Shown here piece by piece: positions 16,214 through 24,502 of a DNA stretch of 26,212 bases; the first letter of the stretch is position 1, and each line of letters opens with the position of its first letter. The DNA comes from a virus (Duplodnaviria; Caudoviricetes), in the IMG/VR virus record IMGVR_UViG_3300020042_006736, positions 1-26,212 of that record; one strand, given 5' to 3'. The position numbers and the translations under genes are program-made. The notes beneath the pieces are model-generated. The model had not been told where the DNA came from and made no database searches. It was given only the letters and a program-made list of their open reading frames with translations.

Positions 16214-17704
16214 ATGGACACAATCACTATAACCGTTGCTGAAAACGATCCTGACGTAGTTGTCAGCGCAACGCTGAACGAGGATGCGGTAACGATTACG
16301 CTTAACGAAGCGGCAGTCGGCGCAACAGGCACAGCGGGCGCGGCAGGCGTAGGAGTGCCGACAGGAGGCGCGACGAACGACATCCTCAAAAAGACCAGCG
16401 CGACGGACTACGCGACGGGATGGGAAACACCTACAAGCTCGGCGACGGCAAACACGGTTGTAAGGCGGGATGCATTAGGCGGTGCAGAATTTGGAGAAAT
16501 TTTTGCTAGTTCTTTTTTCACTACCGCATCAGACGGCACAATTTTTACGGGTGGAACTAACGCGCATATTTTCACATCTGGAGCAAGCGCAACTATTTAC
16601 ACGCAAGGGGCAAGCGCGGACATTTACACTTCTAACTCATCGGCTAGCGTAAAATCATACAACTTTGCCGCATTTGACGGGGCGGGCGCATCACTTAAAA
16701 CAAGCGCAGGCACAGCAGTCCTGACATGGGGCGTATCGGGGCAGAACATAACCGTAACGGCAGGGACGGCGGTAACGTTCAACGCGACAAGCTACACGTT
16801 CGGAACGGGCGCGGCGGTGGCAATGAACACCGCGCTAGGGCTAACCGCGCTTGCCACAACCACACCCGGCACAGGCGTAGCGACGGCTCTAGCGGTCAAC
16901 GTAGGCAGCGCAGGGGCATTTGTTGTCAACGGTGGCGCACTTGGCACACCACAAAGCGGAACCGTCACAAACCTGACAGGAACCGCGTCAATTAACATCA
17001 ACGGCACAGTCGGCGCAACAACGGCAACCACGGGGGCGTTTACTACCATTACGGCAAGTTCGACGATCACCGGAGCAACACACAACGGCGGGACAGCAGC
17101 AAATGACGACTTGACGCTGCAAGGCACGACTAATGCCACAAGGACAAGCTCATACGTTATCATCCAGCCGAACGGTGGATTTGTAGGCATCGGTCAATCA
17201 ACGCCCGCACTTGCTCTCGACATTGTAACAGCAGGATCAAGCGGGGTTTTCCGTGCAAGAAACACGCAGGCAAGCGGATATACAGGATTTGAGCTATTCG
17301 GAGACGCAGGAACGCAACTAGCCGCCTTCGGCACAGGAAACTCGACAGCGGGTTTTTATCCTAACCAGATGTATCTTGGCACGAACACGGCGGCTGCATT
17401 GAATCTTTACACGACCAGCGCAAGCAATGTGCGCATGTATATTTCAGCGGCAGGCGGCGTATCCATTGGCAACACGACAGATGCAGGAGCAACAAACCTT
17501 TCGGTTACAGGCAGAATCACCGGAACCGCTGGTATTGTTTATGGAACATTTACAGTCGGCACCTTTCCGTCAACGACTTACCTTGAAGCTGTCGTAACAG
17601 ACGCGCTCGCGCCAAGCGTCGGTGCAACAGTGGCAGCAGGAGGCTCGGCAAAATGTAAAGTAATGTATAACGGCAGCGCAAAAATCGTAACAGCAGTTTT
17701 ATGA
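16214..17704 (+). CDS. Tail fibre / receptor-binding protein
   Basis: Short Gly-X-Y run (GATGTAGAAG), GVPTGG...ILKK.S.TDY.T.W knob, FVGIGQSTP...LDI and RMYISAAGGVSIG fibre repeats. Confidence 0.8.
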   Translation: MDTITITVAENDPDVVVSATLNEDAVTITLNEAAVGATGTAGAAGVGVPTGGATNDILKKTSATDYATGWETPTSSATANTVVRRDALGGAEFGEIFASSFFTTASDGTIFTGGTNAHIFTSGASATIYTQGASADIYTSNSSASVKSYNFAAFDGAGASLKTSAGTAVLTWGVSGQNITVTAGTAVTFNATSYTFGTGAAVAMNTALGLTALATTTPGTGVATALAVNVGSAGAFVVNGGALGTPQSGTVTNLTGTASININGTVGATTATTGAFTTITASSTITGATHNGGTAANDDLTLQGTTNATRTSSYVIIQPNGGFVGIGQSTPALALDIVTAGSSGVFRARNTQASGYTGFELFGDAGTQLAAFGTGNSTAGFYPNQMYLGTNTAAALNLYTTSASNVRMYISAAGGVSIGNTTDAGATNLSVTGRITGTAGIVYGTFTVGTFPSTTYLEAVVTDALAPSVGATVAAGGSAKCKVMYNGSAKIVTAVL

Positions 17705-18090
17705 AAATACCATACGAGATACTTATCAGAGGCAATCCAGACGGCACTTTGTCCGGTTGCCATGCAATCGACATTGCAGGCGGTGATGCAAGGCCGATTA
17801 CGCAAGATGATCTTGCTGCCATCGCTCCGGCTATCAATGCGTCGGCACTTGCCACTAACGCGGCAGAATTTGAACGGGTCAAGGCTGAACTTGCAGAAAG
17901 TAACGCGCTCATTGAATCGGCCAAGGACGCAATCAAAGGCGCAATCGCAGATGCAAGTCTTGACGACGCTGCAACAGTTGCAACCATTGCGCAAGTTGTC
18001 GCCGTTGCTGAATTGCCTACAATCGAAAAACGCAAGCTGGAAATCGCCGCTGAAATTGCACAGAAACAGGCTGAACTTGACGCGCTATGA
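17701..18090 (+). CDS. Hypothetical fibre-associated coiled-coil protein
   Basis: Ala-rich, helical, 129 aa, overlapping the fibre stop codon. Confidence 0.55.
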   Translation: MKIPYEILIRGNPDGTLSGCHAIDIAGGDARPITQDDLAAIAPAINASALATNAAEFERVKAELAESNALIESAKDAIKGAIADASLDDAATVATIAQVVAVAELPTIEKRKLEIAAEIAQKQAELDAL

Positions 18091-18617
18091 ACTTTCCCGT
18101 CCTATCTCTGCTCGCCTTGCTCATCGTAGGATGCGGCAATGTCGCGCCGATAGGACAAACACCGATCAAATCCGCGCCAGTCGCTCCGATTGCTGAACGT
18201 GTGAGAGTGCAGACGGTGACGATCCGTGAAAGCAACACGACGATTCAGCAAGGACTCGACGCGGCTATCGACCAGCTCGGCAGGATCAGCAAACAAAAAG
18301 AAGTCAGCGACAAGGATTTTCAAGACCTATGGGATCGGTTTACAAAAGTCCAAGAGAACGTCACCGACCAATGGGAAAAGATCGCGGAACTCGAAAAAAC
18401 AAACTCTGAAATGAGCATTGCCGCCACTGCCGCCGACATCGAGAAGCAGGAACTTAGAGCCAGCAATGAAAACGCGCTGGCATGGCAGGCTAAGAACGCG
18501 AAGAAAGTTGCCGTTTACGATTGGATTACGCAAAAAGCGTGGATAATTCTCGCAATTACAGCAGTCGTCGGCATCGGCTATCTTGCGTTGAAATTTTTCC
18601 TACCCTTCAAAATATGA
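18087..18617 (+). CDS. Lipoprotein with C-terminal transmembrane helix (candidate unimolecular spanin)
   Basis: Lipobox LLALLIVG-C, central coiled coil, C-terminal hydrophobic segment WIILAITAVVGIGYLAL. Confidence 0.6.
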   Translation: MNFPVLSLLALLIVGCGNVAPIGQTPIKSAPVAPIAERVRVQTVTIRESNTTIQQGLDAAIDQLGRISKQKEVSDKDFQDLWDRFTKVQENVTDQWEKIAELEKTNSEMSIAATAADIEKQELRASNENALAWQAKNAKKVAVYDWITQKAWIILAITAVVGIGYLALKFFLPFKI

Positions 18618-18940
18618 TGTTTGACAATGATCCCACATTTATCAGCAAACTTTATTACTACGCCACCGCGCTCACCCTTGGCGCGATTGCTTCCTTGTCT
18701 GCATTGCTGGGCGCACCGGACAAACAGATCACGATTCGCGGGGCATTTGCTTACGTCCTTACTGGTGGTCTTGCCTCCCTCATGCTGGTTCTTCTGCTTG
18801 TCGAAAAATATGGAGCTTCTGAATTGCTCATCGGCGTTTCAATTCTCGGAGGCTACCAGGCATTCAACATCTTTTTCGTGCTAGGCACTACCCTTATCAG
18901 CAAAGCAAAAGACATACTCAAACCAGTTGGCAAGCAATGA
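18614..18940 (+). CDS. Putative holin (about 3 transmembrane segments)
   Basis: MMFDND start overlapping the previous stop, three hydrophobic segments, basic C-terminus, located in the lysis region. Confidence 0.65.
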   Translation: MMFDNDPTFISKLYYYATALTLGAIASLSALLGAPDKQITIRGAFAYVLTGGLASLMLVLLLVEKYGASELLIGVSILGGYQAFNIFFVLGTTLISKAKDILKPVGKQ

Positions 18941-19530
18941 CTCTCTCCTCTAAAATCGAAACATTTCTAAACTCCGCGCATGTGGAAACAGAACGCGAAA
19001 CTCAACGTCGCATTTCCAGTTTCCGAACGTTCGTTAGCAAATGGCTATCGCTCATTCTATCGGTGGTTGCAGGTGGTTCAGTCATTTACGGGTTCGTCAA
19101 AACGCAGGATTTGAAAAGCTACAACGCTGCGTTGGAACTGTCTTTGAGCAACGCAAGGATTGGATTATGGACTCTCGACGTTCGCAGCAATGTCGTCACA
19201 TGGGATGAAACCATGTTCAAAATTTACAAGTCGCAACCAACTGAAAACGGCGTGGTGGATTACAACTTCTTCGATAAATTCGTAGTCGATGAAGACAGGG
19301 ATCGCGTGAAATCGGAAGTCTATGCTGCCATCCACGACAAAAAGCCGTTCATAACTTATTTCCTCATAAAAGACGGAACTGGAAAACAACAACTCATCCG
19401 CGCATCCGGTGTCATGCTCAACGATAACACGATGCAAGGAATAAACATTTTGACCAAAGCTCATTGGGACGATGAAGTCACCCGCGATGAGTTGGAGCAA
19501 CTCTTGCAAAAACTGCGTGAACCGCTATAA
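18937..19530 (+). CDS. Membrane-anchored PAS-domain protein with no output domain
   Basis: One TM segment (WLSLILSVVAGGSVIYGFV), then LELSLSNARIGLWTLD...WDETMFKIY...VVDEDRDRV...DG...IRASG, matching the PAS/PAC pattern of sensor kinases. Confidence 0.75.
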   Translation: MTLSSKIETFLNSAHVETERETQRRISSFRTFVSKWLSLILSVVAGGSVIYGFVKTQDLKSYNAALELSLSNARIGLWTLDVRSNVVTWDETMFKIYKSQPTENGVVDYNFFDKFVVDEDRDRVKSEVYAAIHDKKPFITYFLIKDGTGKQQLIRASGVMLNDNTMQGINILTKAHWDDEVTRDELEQLLQKLREPL

Positions 19531-19568
19531 TTTCTGCGCTAAGACAACCAACAATCGAACCAAACATT

Positions 19569-19763
19569 ATGAAATTGAAACACAGCCTCGCCTTCATCAT
19601 CGCCGCATTGACCATCTCGTCATGCGTCACCACTGAAACGACAACCACCGCACCAGACGGCACGGTCACGAAAACCAAAGCCACGACGCTATCCGGCGCA
19701 GATATCGCCACCGGAGCGACTGGCATCGGTGACGCTGTTAAAACCGTGTCGTCTGACAAGTGA
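19569..19763 (+). CDS. Small lipoprotein
   Basis: Signal peptide with lipobox LTISS-C and a Thr-rich mature part. A/C-rich leader. Confidence 0.65.
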   Translation: MKLKHSLAFIIAALTISSCVTTETTTTAPDGTVTKTKATTLSGADIATGATGIGDAVKTVSSDK

Positions 19764-19858
19764 TCGCTCAAATCTACCTTTTCGACCTAGTGCTTGGATT
19801 CGCGGCATGCGTTTTCCTAGTCGGGTTGATTGGGTATGTTTTCTTAAATCTTGAATGA
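19760..19858 (+). CDS. 32-aa single-TM peptide (not in the ORF track)
   Basis: GTGA overlap with the previous stop. Translates as MIAQIYLFDLVLGFAACVFLVGLIGYVFLNLE. Confidence 0.5.
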   Translation: MIAQIYLFDLVLGFAACVFLVGLIGYVFLNLE

Positions 19859-19859
19859 T

Positions 19860-19943
19860 ATGGCAGCAGAAAAGGACGATTCAGACGACTTCGACAGCGG
19901 CGATGAAACTACGTATCAGGAAATTTACACGCAAATACCATGA
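19860..19943 (+). CDS. 27-aa acidic peptide (not in the ORF track)
   Basis: MAAEKDDSDDFDSGDETTYQEIYTQIP. Fills the gap exactly and ends in an ATGA overlap with the endolysin. Confidence 0.4.
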   Translation: MAAEKDDSDDFDSGDETTYQEIYTQIP

Positions 19944-20530
19944 AGATTGTGAAAATTGACGACAACCACTGGATTGACACAGCTATAAAAGTCCCATTGC
20001 CAGGAGGAACCAGCATGAGCATTCGCAGATTCCTTGTGATGCATTTCACATCGGGGGCGACTGCCATGTCGTCGATCAACTTCTGGAAAACTCCCGACGC
20101 AAACGGGGCGTGCGCTCACTTTGTCATTGATCGCGACGGCACTCTTTACCAATGCCGCCCGTGTAACATGACATGCGGTCACGCCGGGAGATCGAAATGG
20201 ATATTTGGCGGCAAGCCATACGAGGGTCTGAACTCATGCAGTATCGGCATCGAGTTTGCTAACGCCGGGGATTCTACAAACTTAATTCGCAAATGGTCAG
20301 CACTTCCTCCACTTAAAGCCAAGCACAAAAACGGTGGTCCCGTGTGCGATTGGGAGCGATATACGACCGAACAGATCAACACTGGCAAGGAACTTGCTGC
20401 CGTGCTGGTCAAACGCTACAAGCTCGACCAGATCGTCGGCCATGATGACATTGCCCCGGCTCGAAAGGTTGATCCCGGCCCAGCATTTCCCATGGAGGAA
20501 ATCCGAAAGCATTGCGGTTTTAACGCATAA
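19940..20530 (+). CDS. Endolysin, N-acetylmuramoyl-L-alanine amidase (Amidase_2/AmpD-like)
   Basis: LVMHFT, AHFVIDRDG, HAG.S, N..SIGIE and IVGHDDIAPARKVDPGPAFP motifs. Confidence 0.93.
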   Translation: MKIVKIDDNHWIDTAIKVPLPGGTSMSIRRFLVMHFTSGATAMSSINFWKTPDANGACAHFVIDRDGTLYQCRPCNMTCGHAGRSKWIFGGKPYEGLNSCSIGIEFANAGDSTNLIRKWSALPPLKAKHKNGGPVCDWERYTTEQINTGKELAAVLVKRYKLDQIVGHDDIAPARKVDPGPAFPMEEIRKHCGFNA

Positions 20531-20541
20531 CTACATCCACT

Positions 20542-20841
20542 ATGCCGCCAATGACCCACATATTCATCGGCGGACTCAGATTTGAGATAGTCCGTGAGAA
20601 CATTCACGAATACGGACTCATGCGCTTTGACGAGCGGCAGATCGTCATAAGCAGCAACGTCACTGATCCATGCGTTTTCATGTCCACGCTACGGCATGAG
20701 ATGATCCACGCCGCGTTAGAAATCGCAGGCATTTCCCACATGAGACGATACGACGAGGAACCAATCGTCCGCGCACTTGAAAACATCCTTTTTCCTGCTC
20801 TCGACTCAATTACACAACAAATCACCCTAATACAATTATGA
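20542..20841 (+). CDS. Small HEXXH zinc-metallopeptidase-like protein
   Basis: YG.....R.IVI...TLRHEMIHA...EE motif. Confidence 0.7.
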   Translation: MPPMTHIFIGGLRFEIVRENIHEYGLMRFDERQIVISSNVTDPCVFMSTLRHEMIHAALEIAGISHMRRYDEEPIVRALENILFPALDSITQQITLIQL

Positions 20842-21851
20842 CAAAAAAAGAAATTGCAATGGATCTAATGGATCGGATGCCGGACTTGTCTAACCACATG
20901 ACGGCGAAGAAACTGCACAAGGACTATCCCGCGGTGTTCCCGTCACAAGATGCGGCTCGCGCGCTGGTTCGCGCCATACGTGGATCAATGGCAAACGTAG
21001 GAACAAAAAAACATGTCGGTAAAGGAGTGTCCGCTGTGCCTAGATTCATCCGTGAAACACCTTGGCAAAGTCTCATGCCGAAATCTACGGCAGAGATTAC
21101 TGAACCTGTTGTCATTTCCGGCAAACGCAAGGTGCTGATCCTGTCCGATATCCACTTCCCATTCCACGACGAGGCCGCGCTAATGACGGCACTTGAACAC
21201 GGATACAAGCAAGAATGTGACACGGTTATCCTTAACGGCGACACCATCGAAAACTACGGCGTTTCGAGATGGGAGCCTGATCCACGTCGGAGAAACCTAC
21301 AACACGAACTGCAAACGTGCCGCGAAGGAATTGCGATGATTCGTTCTGCATTTCCAAAAGCGGATATGTATTTCAAGTTCGGCAATCACGATGACCGACT
21401 GGAGCAATATCTGAAAAAAAATGCTCCGTTGCTGCTTGACGTTCCCGAATGCACCTTGGAGTCATTGCTGAAACTGGATGAGCTTAAAATCAAAGTTGTT
21501 AGATCAAAGCAAGTAATCAAATCAGGAAATCTGCTAGTCCTGCACGGCCACGAATTGCCGAAAGGACTTGCCAATCCGGTATGCGCTGCCAAGCGGTTAT
21601 ATGACAGACTCAGGACAACCAGCATTTGCGGCCACTTCCATCAGCACAGCAACTACACGGACGCAATCGGGATCATCAGCGCGGGCAACAAGAAAGTCAC
21701 AAGCTGCTGGACTACGGGGTGTCTTTGTGACATGTCTCCGGAGTATGCAATCACAAACAACTGGGTGCATGGATTCGCAATTCAAGACATGCAAGCAAAC
21801 GGTGATTTCACGCTTTACAACATGATGATTATCAACGGTAAAGTGCATTGA
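20838..21851 (+). CDS. Calcineurin-like metallophosphoesterase with N-terminal helical extension
   Basis: SDIHFP, LNGD, GNHD, HGHE and GHFH motifs. Confidence 0.9.
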   Translation: MTKKEIAMDLMDRMPDLSNHMTAKKLHKDYPAVFPSQDAARALVRAIRGSMANVGTKKHVGKGVSAVPRFIRETPWQSLMPKSTAEITEPVVISGKRKVLILSDIHFPFHDEAALMTALEHGYKQECDTVILNGDTIENYGVSRWEPDPRRRNLQHELQTCREGIAMIRSAFPKADMYFKFGNHDDRLEQYLKKNAPLLLDVPECTLESLLKLDELKIKVVRSKQVIKSGNLLVLHGHELPKGLANPVCAAKRLYDRLRTTSICGHFHQHSNYTDAIGIISAGNKKVTSCWTTGCLCDMSPEYAITNNWVHGFAIQDMQANGDFTLYNMMIINGKVH

Positions 21852-22013
21852 TTTACCGTGGTTTACTATCACCGATAAGTCGGCAAAAAAGACGATTTAC
21901 CGGCGTTTTGTGCGGTTTTTCGTCATTCTTGGCGAGTTGATTTTATTTCTCTAGTTGCTGTCATGCTTGTTCACTTGTCATCTTCCTACAAACAGATTCG
22001 ACAACCGAAAGAC

Positions 22014-22049
22014 AAAGTTCTTTACTGTTTTCTTTTTTTCGTTTAGTGT
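22014..22049 (+). promoter_or_regulatory. Putative promoter for the HNH gene
   Basis: AAAGTTC, then TTTACT(22021)-17 nt T-rich-TAGTGT(22044). Shares AAAGTTCTT with the promoter at 22946. Confidence 0.4.
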
Positions 22050-22055
22050 AATTGC

Positions 22056-22179
22056 GCATTAGTAATGCCAACTCGCAGATACCGAGATGAAACAATACAA
22101 AACAAATACGCCGTCGTGCGATTGCTTGCCACTTTTTGAGTGGGTATCTCTTGCAATCCATGACGGCGAACCTGTTTTT
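22056..22179 (+). ncRNA. Structured cis-regulatory leader, copy A (predicted loop-bulge pseudoknot)
   Basis: Two small hairpins, an A-rich linker, and a long hairpin at 22109-22168. Loop AGATAC (22077) is complementary to bulge GTATCT (22144). Confidence 0.6.
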
Positions 22180-22182
22180 ATT

Positions 22183-22911
22183 ATGCAAAACGATGAGTTA
22201 AGCAGTAAGGAAAAAAACAAATTGCACGCTAAAGCATATCAGCAATCAGTTGAATATAAAGAGTATGCGAAGAACTACAGAAACAAACCAGAATCTATAT
22301 TAGCAAGAAAAGCATACCGACTAACAGAAAAAGCAAAAGCAGCAGAAAAAGCGCGTAGAAATCTGGATAGTGTAAAAAATTACATTAGATTAAACAACCG
22401 TAAGCCAGAAACAATAAAGGCGAAAAAAGAATACGCGCAATCAGCAGAGGGAAAGGAATACTTTAAGAATTATCACAAAAGGCCAGAAGTTGTTGCAAAA
22501 AGGCAATCGCAAGAACGTAAAGATTGTCTAAAAAAATGGCAGCAGTCAGAAAAAGGCAGATTAATGCGCAAGGTGTGGCTGGAATCTTACAAGAAAACAA
22601 AAAAGTATAGAGCCAGTGTATCAGCTCAAGCGTCAAGACGACGGGCTATAAAAAAGCGCGCGCCACTTGCAGACGCAAAAGTGATTGCTGCTTGGTTTAA
22701 AAAATGGAAAACGCTTGATGTTGTTTTTTGTCACTGGTGTCATGGTCAATTCAAAGTAAAGGAATGCGAGGCGGATCATGTAATGCCTATTTCAAAGGGG
22801 GGAGCACATTCAATTGACAATCTTGTGATTTCTTGCGTGTCATGTAATCGCAGAAAAGCAGCAAAAACGCCAAGCGAATGGGTTGCTGAATTGCGCTTGC
22901 AACCCATATAG
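22183..22911 (+). CDS. HNH endonuclease with long basic helical N-terminus
   Basis: CHWC...DHVMPISKGGAHSIDNLVISCVSCNRRK motif. Start 22183 preferred because 22087-22182 is a structured leader. Confidence 0.9.
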   Translation: MQNDELSSKEKNKLHAKAYQQSVEYKEYAKNYRNKPESILARKAYRLTEKAKAAEKARRNLDSVKNYIRLNNRKPETIKAKKEYAQSAEGKEYFKNYHKRPEVVAKRQSQERKDCLKKWQQSEKGRLMRKVWLESYKKTKKYRASVSAQASRRRAIKKRAPLADAKVIAAWFKKWKTLDVVFCHWCHGQFKVKECEADHVMPISKGGAHSIDNLVISCVSCNRRKAAKTPSEWVAELRLQPI

Positions 22912-22931
22912 ACATTAGCATTTTGAAAATA

Positions 22932-22974
22932 CTTGAAAAAAGTTCTTGCGTTTTTTCATCTTTGGGGCTACTTT
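22932..22974 (+). promoter_or_regulatory. Putative early promoter
   Basis: A-tract UP-like element, TTGCGT(22946)-17 nt-TACTTT(22969), then an A/C-rich leader to ATG 22998. Confidence 0.55.
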
Positions 22975-22997
22975 TGCGCCGTCAACCAACTACAACT

Positions 22998-23114
22998 ATG
23001 AAAACAACTTACGGAACACCAATCGACAAAATCATCTCAGAATATGACGGCATCGCACTTTGCCAAGTTGGATGTGAGCTTGTCCATATTCACACATCGA
23101 ACATCATTCGATAA
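22998..23114 (+). CDS. Hypothetical protein (38 aa)
   Basis: MKTTYG... after the leader CAACCAACTACAACT. Confidence 0.45.
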   Translation: MKTTYGTPIDKIISEYDGIALCQVGCELVHIHTSNIIR

Positions 23115-23121
23115 TCACACA

Positions 23122-23298
23122 ATGAACCAAACCAAACAACGCGGCGGCAAACGCATCGGAGCCGGTAGAAAGCCTGGCGTGAAAAAAGCGCGGAATAAGA
23201 TCGCTCGGTCAATCACGTTGCATCGTGACACTTGGCAGATGATCGAACGCAAGCGCAAGGAACTTTCGCCTTCTAAATTCATCGAATCAAAACTATGA
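23122..23298 (+). CDS. Small DNA-binding protein (RGG.R.GAGRK hook plus ribbon-helix-helix-like part)
   Basis: QRGGKRIGAGRKP followed by ARSITLHRDTWQMI...SPSKFIE. Confidence 0.7.
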   Translation: MNQTKQRGGKRIGAGRKPGVKKARNKIARSITLHRDTWQMIERKRKELSPSKFIESKL

Positions 23299-23447
23299 AA
23301 ACACTGAACGAAAAATACGCATTGGCCATGCCTAAAATCGGCCACACTAACCGGAAGCGTTACACACGCTTGAAAACCATCGCATCACGCATCATTGTCA
23401 CACTGGCAATCGGCGCGGCAACCTATTACCTGTCGCGTTATGTGTAA
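23295..23447 (+). CDS. Hypothetical 50-aa protein with C-terminal hydrophobic segment
   Basis: Hand-translated as MKTLNEKY...IIVTLAIGAATYYLSRYV. ATGA overlap. Confidence 0.5.
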   Translation: MKTLNEKYALAMPKIGHTNRKRYTRLKTIASRIIVTLAIGAATYYLSRYV

Positions 23448-23643
23448 ACTCGATGATGATTACATTGCCGAAGTCCGAAGCGACAGGGACGACGACTATC
23501 GAGAAATCGTCCGAAACTACATCCGCTGCAAAGACGGCTTGTGCGGGGCTGACGACTGCCCGACATGCAGGCCGGGAAACTTTACGGACGGAGTTTGGAA
23601 TGAAGACATCGAAGACGAACAAATAACAATCGAAGATGATTAA
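23440..23643 (+). CDS. Small acidic Cys-cluster protein
   Basis: CKDGLCGADDCPTC putative metal site. ATG at 23440. Confidence 0.55.
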   Translation: MCKLDDDYIAEVRSDRDDDYREIVRNYIRCKDGLCGADDCPTCRPGNFTDGVWNEDIEDEQITIEDD

Positions 23644-23803
23644 TATAACTGATCACAACAAAGCCATTCAAGATTACAGCACTGACACGCTGGTAAAAAT
23701 CCTCCGCGACTTACAGCGCAAACAGCAACATGACCGCTGGGACATTAACAGAATTACGGCCATCAAATCTTTACTCAAGAAAAGGGGGATCGTATTGTCA
23801 TGA
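23636..23803 (+). CDS. Hypothetical protein (55 aa)
   Basis: Hand-translated as MINITDHNKAIQDYSTD... Overlaps both neighbours. Confidence 0.5.
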   Translation: MINITDHNKAIQDYSTDTLVKILRDLQRKQQHDRWDINRITAIKSLLKKRGIVLS

Positions 23804-24096
23804 CTCCAGAACACTCTCCCTGCCGTGTGGCAGACCGGGAAACAGGCCCGCTGTCGTTGTCAACTGTTCAGGCGGCGGCGGCAGCGGGAAACCCGGTAAC
23901 ACTGTTTCTCTACATTGCTCAGGACGCGCAACACCTAGAGCCTTACAAGATCACGCTTGAATCAGAGCTTATTATTGCCGCAGCTGACGAAATCATCCAG
24001 TTGCGTGACAAGTTGACTAACGCAAAGCAGGAAATTACACAGACGATCAGAAAACTTGAACAAATATACGCACAAATCGAAATAAAAACATTATGA
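23800..24096 (+). CDS. Hypothetical protein with C-terminal coiled coil
   Basis: ATGA overlaps on both sides. AADEIIQLRDKL helix. Confidence 0.55.
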   Translation: MTPEHSPCRVADRETGPLSLSTVQAAAAAGNPVTLFLYIAQDAQHLEPYKITLESELIIAAADEIIQLRDKLTNAKQEITQTIRKLEQIYAQIEIKTL

Positions 24097-24482
24097 GCAA
24101 CCAACTACACAAACTGAAAATCAATCTACGGAAAATCCCGGCAGCTATCATCAAAACACGCGCCGAAGATGGCCGTAAATATCTCATCATCGACATTGCA
24201 AAAAGCGGCATGTTCGACAATGACAACGCGACATACCTTGACATCGACATGCGGGAAAACCGCGACGGCGAGGATCAATACGGAAATACGCATATGCTGG
24301 TCATGTCGCCGACGAAGGAACAGCGCGAAGCAAAAGAGAAAACGCCTATTGTCGGTAATGCCAAGACTTACGTTTTTCCTGATCGGAACATGCCGCAATC
24401 ATCGCCTAAACAGCGCGACGGACGACCTCACACAGATATTGTCATTCCTAACGATGATGACAACGATTTGATTCCGTTCTGA
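24093..24482 (+). CDS. Putative single-stranded DNA-binding protein
   Basis: Acidic tail DDDNDLIPF, DQYGNTH and PIVGNAK segments, located in the recombination block. Confidence 0.65.
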   Translation: MSNQLHKLKINLRKIPAAIIKTRAEDGRKYLIIDIAKSGMFDNDNATYLDIDMRENRDGEDQYGNTHMLVMSPTKEQREAKEKTPIVGNAKTYVFPDRNMPQSSPKQRDGRPHTDIVIPNDDDNDLIPF

Positions 24483-24502
24483 CCCACCAAACAACAAACA
24501 CT

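Noticed and set aside
16214-17704. Diversity-generating retroelement or invertible segment acting on the tail fibre
   Set aside because: No reverse transcriptase, invertase or duplicated template region was seen in the window.
21885-21930. Imperfect inverted repeat after the phosphoesterase gene (GACGA..ACCG..CGGT..TCGTC)
   Set aside because: It may end the late operon, but the stem is too interrupted to call as a terminator or att site.
22087-22182. N-terminal extension of the HNH ORF from ATG 22087
   Set aside because: It runs through the structured leader, and ATG 22183 is more plausible. A regulatory upstream start cannot be excluded.
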